Notes under the pieces: generated by a model
What the model saw: only the letters and a program-made list of their open reading frames with translations
The model's database searches: none
Told to the model about the DNA's origin: nothing
Shown: positions 58,823 through 64,000 of the stretch, one piece after another
Numbering within the stretch: position 1 is the first letter of the stretch
Layout: each line of letters begins with the position of its first letter
From: Adineta vaga
Taxonomy: Eukaryota; Animalia; Rotifera
DNA: 64,000 bases
Reading direction: 5' to 3'
Assembly: GCA_021613535.1 (NCBI GenBank)
Contig: CP075493.1
Location: forward strand, 4,030,001-4,094,000
Made by a program: the position numbers and the translations under genes

Positions 58823-61566
58823 AATATTTATCCTACATACCATAGAAATCGATCAAATGACGAACTTTAACATTTTCACATAGATAAGAGGAAAACATTT
58901 TCTCTATTAAAGTCACATTGTTTTCTCTTTCATTCTGTTTCCATCGAGAATACAGTATTAGTATATCATCAAAGACCAATGACTCATACGTTTTCTTCCA
59001 TAGAATATAGTCGAACTTATGCATTTTATCTCGATTGGGCCTTTTGATAGCGAGACTATGAGTATAAAAAAAATTAGGAATTGAATGGTAAAACGAACGA
59101 TATCTTTCGCATAACGAAACGATTTCTTGAACATAGTTTGGAAAGTATGAATAATACAAGAAATATCAACATCCGTTCAGTATTAATACTTTTCAAATAC
59201 AATCTTTCTCATTTAGGCATGATACTTTTTATCCTTTCTACAGTATCCAAGATTAACAATTAAAGAACCGATTAGATAATGGCGTTTTGAAGAGAACTAA
59301 TTCCTTTTATGAATGTATTTGTTCTTGTTTGATTCTGTAAGTCGTTTGTAGAATACAATGTTATTTTTATGCTAATAAACTCTATAAATGTTACATGTTT
59401 ATAATGATGTATTCAAAGTTTTGAACATATATTTCAAATTTAGAAATCAAGTTTAGATATTATCGGAGATTCTTTTCTTCTTGTGGTTTATCAGTATTAG
59501 ATAAAAATATATGAAAGATATCGCACTAAAAATTGAAGTTCCTTCTGTATCACTATGATAAAGGAGAAGTTCTAATTATAATCAACTGAATGTCTGGGTA
59601 ATACGTACGTGCAGTATTGGAAAATAAATTATCAAACTGCTTTATTAACATATGTTTACTAATACAAAATACTTCTGTTGAAAATTCTTTCTATGTAATC
59701 TTTTCATTCGAAAAGCAAAATATGCAACTGTTAATTGGAATAACAATTTGCAGTTACCCTCCATTTGAAATCTTATAATAGTTCACTATTTTTTATGCAT
59801 ATAAGAGAAAATTAATCAGATACTTAATTTATTTTTGAAGAAAACTTTTTCTAACAGAAAAATAGAGCTATCTACGAATCGAATCATGCATTCAAGAAAT
59901 TTTTCGTAGACTCTTTTTGATAAAAAACGATTAATCATATCAAACAGTTTCATAGGAATATCTTACAAAACAAACATATTTTAACAAGTATTTGATCTAA
60001 ACATTACAAAATAAAAGTACATTTTATTGCTATAACACAGATATCCGTAAGAAAAGTTTGGCAAACCATTTCGATCTTTTATTTTTCTATTGAAAACAAT
60101 TCTTTTTCTTGTATCATTAAATTAATTTGATTTGAAAGATTTTTTCTTTCAAAATCCATTGAACAGAATACAAATGAGCAGTATGAAGATAATTCTTTCG
60201 ATAATATCGATTTTATTCTACGATAATTATTTTTTATTCAGTTTTCTTGTTTTCTAATATTCTTTTCAGAGATCATGAAAAATTAATTGAATTATTTCGT
60301 TCAAATAAGAATGTTTTATTTCACTTCATTGCTATATTCAAGTAGAACCTCTACTTATGAAATCAATGTCGAAACAGTTTGTCTATCTTAGTAATGCCAT
60401 TACTCATTCACTTTCGAATGAATCTTTTGGTGATTCATCAGACTTGTTCTGCCTATTTATTCATCCATTAAACGACTATTGCAATGTTGTACCTGAGTAA
60501 TACACAATCGGAGAAATACGAAGAAAGCATCGAAATTCAATATAGGTACGTAAGAATAGTTTCTTTCAAAACAATATTCATGGACCTTCCTATGATTCAC
60601 ACAACGGTCACCGAAGAAATTTAATAGAGCTGTCACATCTTATATATCATATGTGTAAATACTTTATATCCTAGAATGCACAATTGTCTGAGAGTTGAAA
60701 AGATTCGACAATTTTATCATAAAATAGCTTTTGAGCGACACGAATCTATGAGGTGAAGTTTATCATGGATTTTGAATGTAATAATAACTCACAGTCATAC
60801 GATGTATTTATTGTAGTTTCAGTGTTTATGATATTTTGATGCTTGACGTACGTACTTCATAAACGAAAGATAAAAAGAAAATAACTAATACAGATAACTA
60901 TGAAACTTTTTAACAAAGACCAATGATTCTATTGTTCGATAATAAAGACTCTAGAGTGTATGTAGATCACGTTCATTTTAGCTAATATAGTTAGTAATCG
61001 ATGTAATTTATGCATAGAAATATTTTATATCATCTATTACATATTTAGTTTTATGGAACTGGTATTCGAATAATGATTTGTTATTCTTTCCACGTATCGC
61101 TGCAAGGTTTTTCTTTTCGTTTGTCATGTAATAAAAAACGCCTGTTGCTTGGGAACACGGTTTTTTCCAACATATAAATTTACTCAGTTGTCACGTATTT
61201 ATAATCGTCGGGAAAATAATTTTTTACAATTTCAGGTTAGTAAAAGTGAAGAACACGTAGATAAAAGTTGACTTTTTCCAGTATTTTGCAATGAAAATTG
61301 CGTAATTACGTCATCAGAGTGAAATATATGAGCATAGATGTGGGAAGAATAATGGATGGGTGAGACGCACGGATAAATAAATACATCACATCTTTAATTT
61401 CTTTGTCATTTATACGTCAATCTTTCAGTCCAGAAGGGTAAAGAGTAAAGAAAAACATAACGAATAAGTGAGCGATAAATAGATGCAGCTGATAAAAGAG
61501 ATGGGTATAAGTCGACTACACTTTAAATATATATAACTATTGTTTTCTTAAGATATTTATCCACAA

Positions 61567-63321
61567 ATGCCGAATAATAACATGGAAATATTGACTGTTC
61601 AAGACAATTTTCATGACACACATCGAAGTTTGAAAAACAAGTACAACTCATTGAAAAGAGATTTACAAGAGAGAATAAAAAAACTATGCGCGCAATCGAC
61701 ATCAAATGGTGTATTTTCATGTATGGCTATGGGTAGAGCTGGATTTCGGTACACAGGCGAAGTTAATACAACTATCTGTGATGATTGCCAGTTAGAAGTG
61801 TCTCAATGGACACAGACTATGATACCATTTGACGTTCATGCAGAACGTAATCCTCAATGTCCATTCGTTCTTTCTCGACTAAATAAATCTTCTGAGAAAT
61901 CAAGTGACTCAGAAAATACACCCAAACGTCATAAAATTGAATCATATACTAATAAATTCAAGCAGGATTTTAAATTGATCGAACTAGAAAAAATGAAACA
62001 AGTAAGACGTCGAACATTTTCACATTGGCAGAAAGATACACAACGATATAGTGAACAAATGATTGCCGCTGGTTTTTTTGCATGTAATGTGAGCGATCGT
62101 GTCATTTGTTTATATTGTGATATCATTTGTCAAGAATGGACAACTGATATTGATGATCCATTGGAGGTGCATAAAACTTTGTCACCTCAATGTCCTTATG
62201 TTCTTGCAATGTTAACACATCCTCAATCGTCGTTAATGACAACAAACCTCAATGATATTCCAATCGATACTATTAATATTAATACTGAACCTGAATTTGA
62301 TCAAACTATTCATACATCTTCATGCCATCCATTCTATAGTGAGATGACAAAACGTCTAGAATCTTTTGACACATGTTTACAAGAACGATCAGTATCTGTT
62401 GAAGAATTCGCTCGAGCCGGTTTCTTCTATTCAGATTCTAATGATATTACAAAATGTTTTAATTGCAATGGTACATTATCAAAATTAAATTCCATTAATG
62501 ATCCACTTATGGAACATATTCGATTGTATCCATTATGTGACTATGCAAAACAAGTGGGCGGAGATGAATATTGTCGAAAAATTCGAGAAGAGCAACGAAC
62601 TAATCGTGGTAGATAATAACCGTTTTACACTTCTTATTTTTCTTTGCTTTTCGTTTCTTTAGAAAACGATAGAACACCTGCAACCTTCAATTTCAGTCTA
62701 ATATCTCGTTATGTTGCAGCTCGAGTCGATTTATTTAGTTCACAGAATCTATTAGATCGATATTTTAAATTATCAGTAATAAAACGTTGTTGGGAAGATC
62801 AATTACAAGTGAAACGTAAAAAACTTTTCATTTATAGGACTCTATTTTTCATATGTTCATTTTTCTGTATTTATTTAGAAGATGATTTTCTCGAATGTGT
62901 TGATCTCTTTACTTCATGTACTATTCTTCAAAGACAGATCGATGTTATTCAAGGTAATAAAGATAACATTATCAATGTTGGTCAACGAATGAAAATGATT
63001 CGCGAGGGAAATCAATCGAATATGTTACCTACAACAAAACGTTCTACAATAAATCAGACGACGCCTGCAGAAACGGAACCAATTACAGCAATATCATCAA
63101 TTGAACCTACGATCACTAAAGAAATTAAGGCGATATCAGAAATAAAACCTGCAAGCAAAAAATCACTAGTAAATCCTTGTGCGATGTGTCGTGCAGAAGA
63201 GAAACAACTTGCTGCCATTCCATGTGGTCATTTTATAACTTGCATTGAATGCAGTCAGACACTTCGAATTTGTCCACAATGTCAGAAGGAAATCGCTGCA
63301 TACGTTCGAATTTATATCTGA
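61567..63321 (+). CDS. inhibitor of apoptosis protein (3 BIR + C-terminal RING), 3 exons
   Basis: Three CxxC-x16-H-x6-C BIR motifs with GF motifs; RING CAMC...PCGHFITCIECSQTLRICPQC; introns 62609-62662 and 62816-62878. Confidence 0.92.
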
Positions 63322-64000
63322 TATCTACGTCCACCTTTTTGAACTATGAAGTTTATTCAAATATTTTCATCATCATTGTAATCTAAATGTGAGATGTAAA
63401 TCGAATGGAATTTCGAAGTATATCTTTTGTTTAAATAAATTTATACAAGAAATCGTAAACTAAGTATATCGCATTGTCATACATATACTTGTACAAATAG
63501 TGTGTCAACAGAAGTAATCTATGCAAGAATTTCAACTAGATAGGAAACTTGAAAACAGATATAAGGTACCATTTAAATTAAGAAGATTACAATAATGGTG
63601 TGATTACTTATTTTCGCTATCGCGCAACTTCAGATGCACATCCGTAATATCTGAAATGAATTTTTCATTTGCTATTTAAAATAGTTTTCAAGTAATTAGT
63701 CAAATAAGTACATCATCAAATCAGATGCTACTATCAACAGATCTAAAATTCAAACAGTAGTTCAAATTTTATCTGACATGATCGTATTTCTGTGCAATAT
63801 ACTAAAAGACAAAGTCTGCCTCGAAAAAATGTCTCTCAAAAATATAGAGGATAGTATCTTGGATAGAGTGAAAGCATCATACAAGCAATTTATTTCTGTA
63901 TAATCATCTTGTGATCTAAAAATTTTCGAATCGTGCTCTTTGTAACCATAATTGATTTTTTTCTAAATTTCAATAGAATCGGTCTCGAGTGCAATTCATT

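Noticed and set aside
56394-59700. Several hydrophobic minus-strand ORFs and possible decayed coding sequence
   Set aside because: No recognisable motifs; composition matches AT-rich noncoding or heavily degraded DNA, so no family can be supported

Overview
AT-rich eukaryotic (animal) genomic DNA with compact genes and short (~50-60 nt) GT-AG introns. Expanded rhodopsin-like GPCRs, B-box/SPRY-type genes and several intronless bacterial-type genes embedded among conserved animal genes suggest a bdelloid rotifer; this is inferred from sequence style and not proven. Recognisable genes: THEM6, Emx, DDX47, BCCIP, Brachyury-like T-box, RPL4, MPI, POFUT1, CFAP58 and an IAP (3 BIR + RING). There are three tRNA-Arg(ACG) genes and one tRNA-Ala(TGC), all antisense inside introns. 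The accessory content includes a secreted 756-aa protein ending in a phage tail-collar/HxH tail-fibre module (most striking), a tandem array of MAM-like/mucin receptors with homogenised ectodomains but divergent tails, a pair of VC0807-like bacterial-type membrane proteins, a bacterial-type C1A peptidase, an HSL-family esterase, a small family of hydrophilic micro-proteins, two operon-like gene pairs with splice acceptors just upstream of the ATG, a candidate intronic H/ACA snoRNA, two MITEs and three decayed GPCRs. Exon boundaries were read by eye; no database searches were run.
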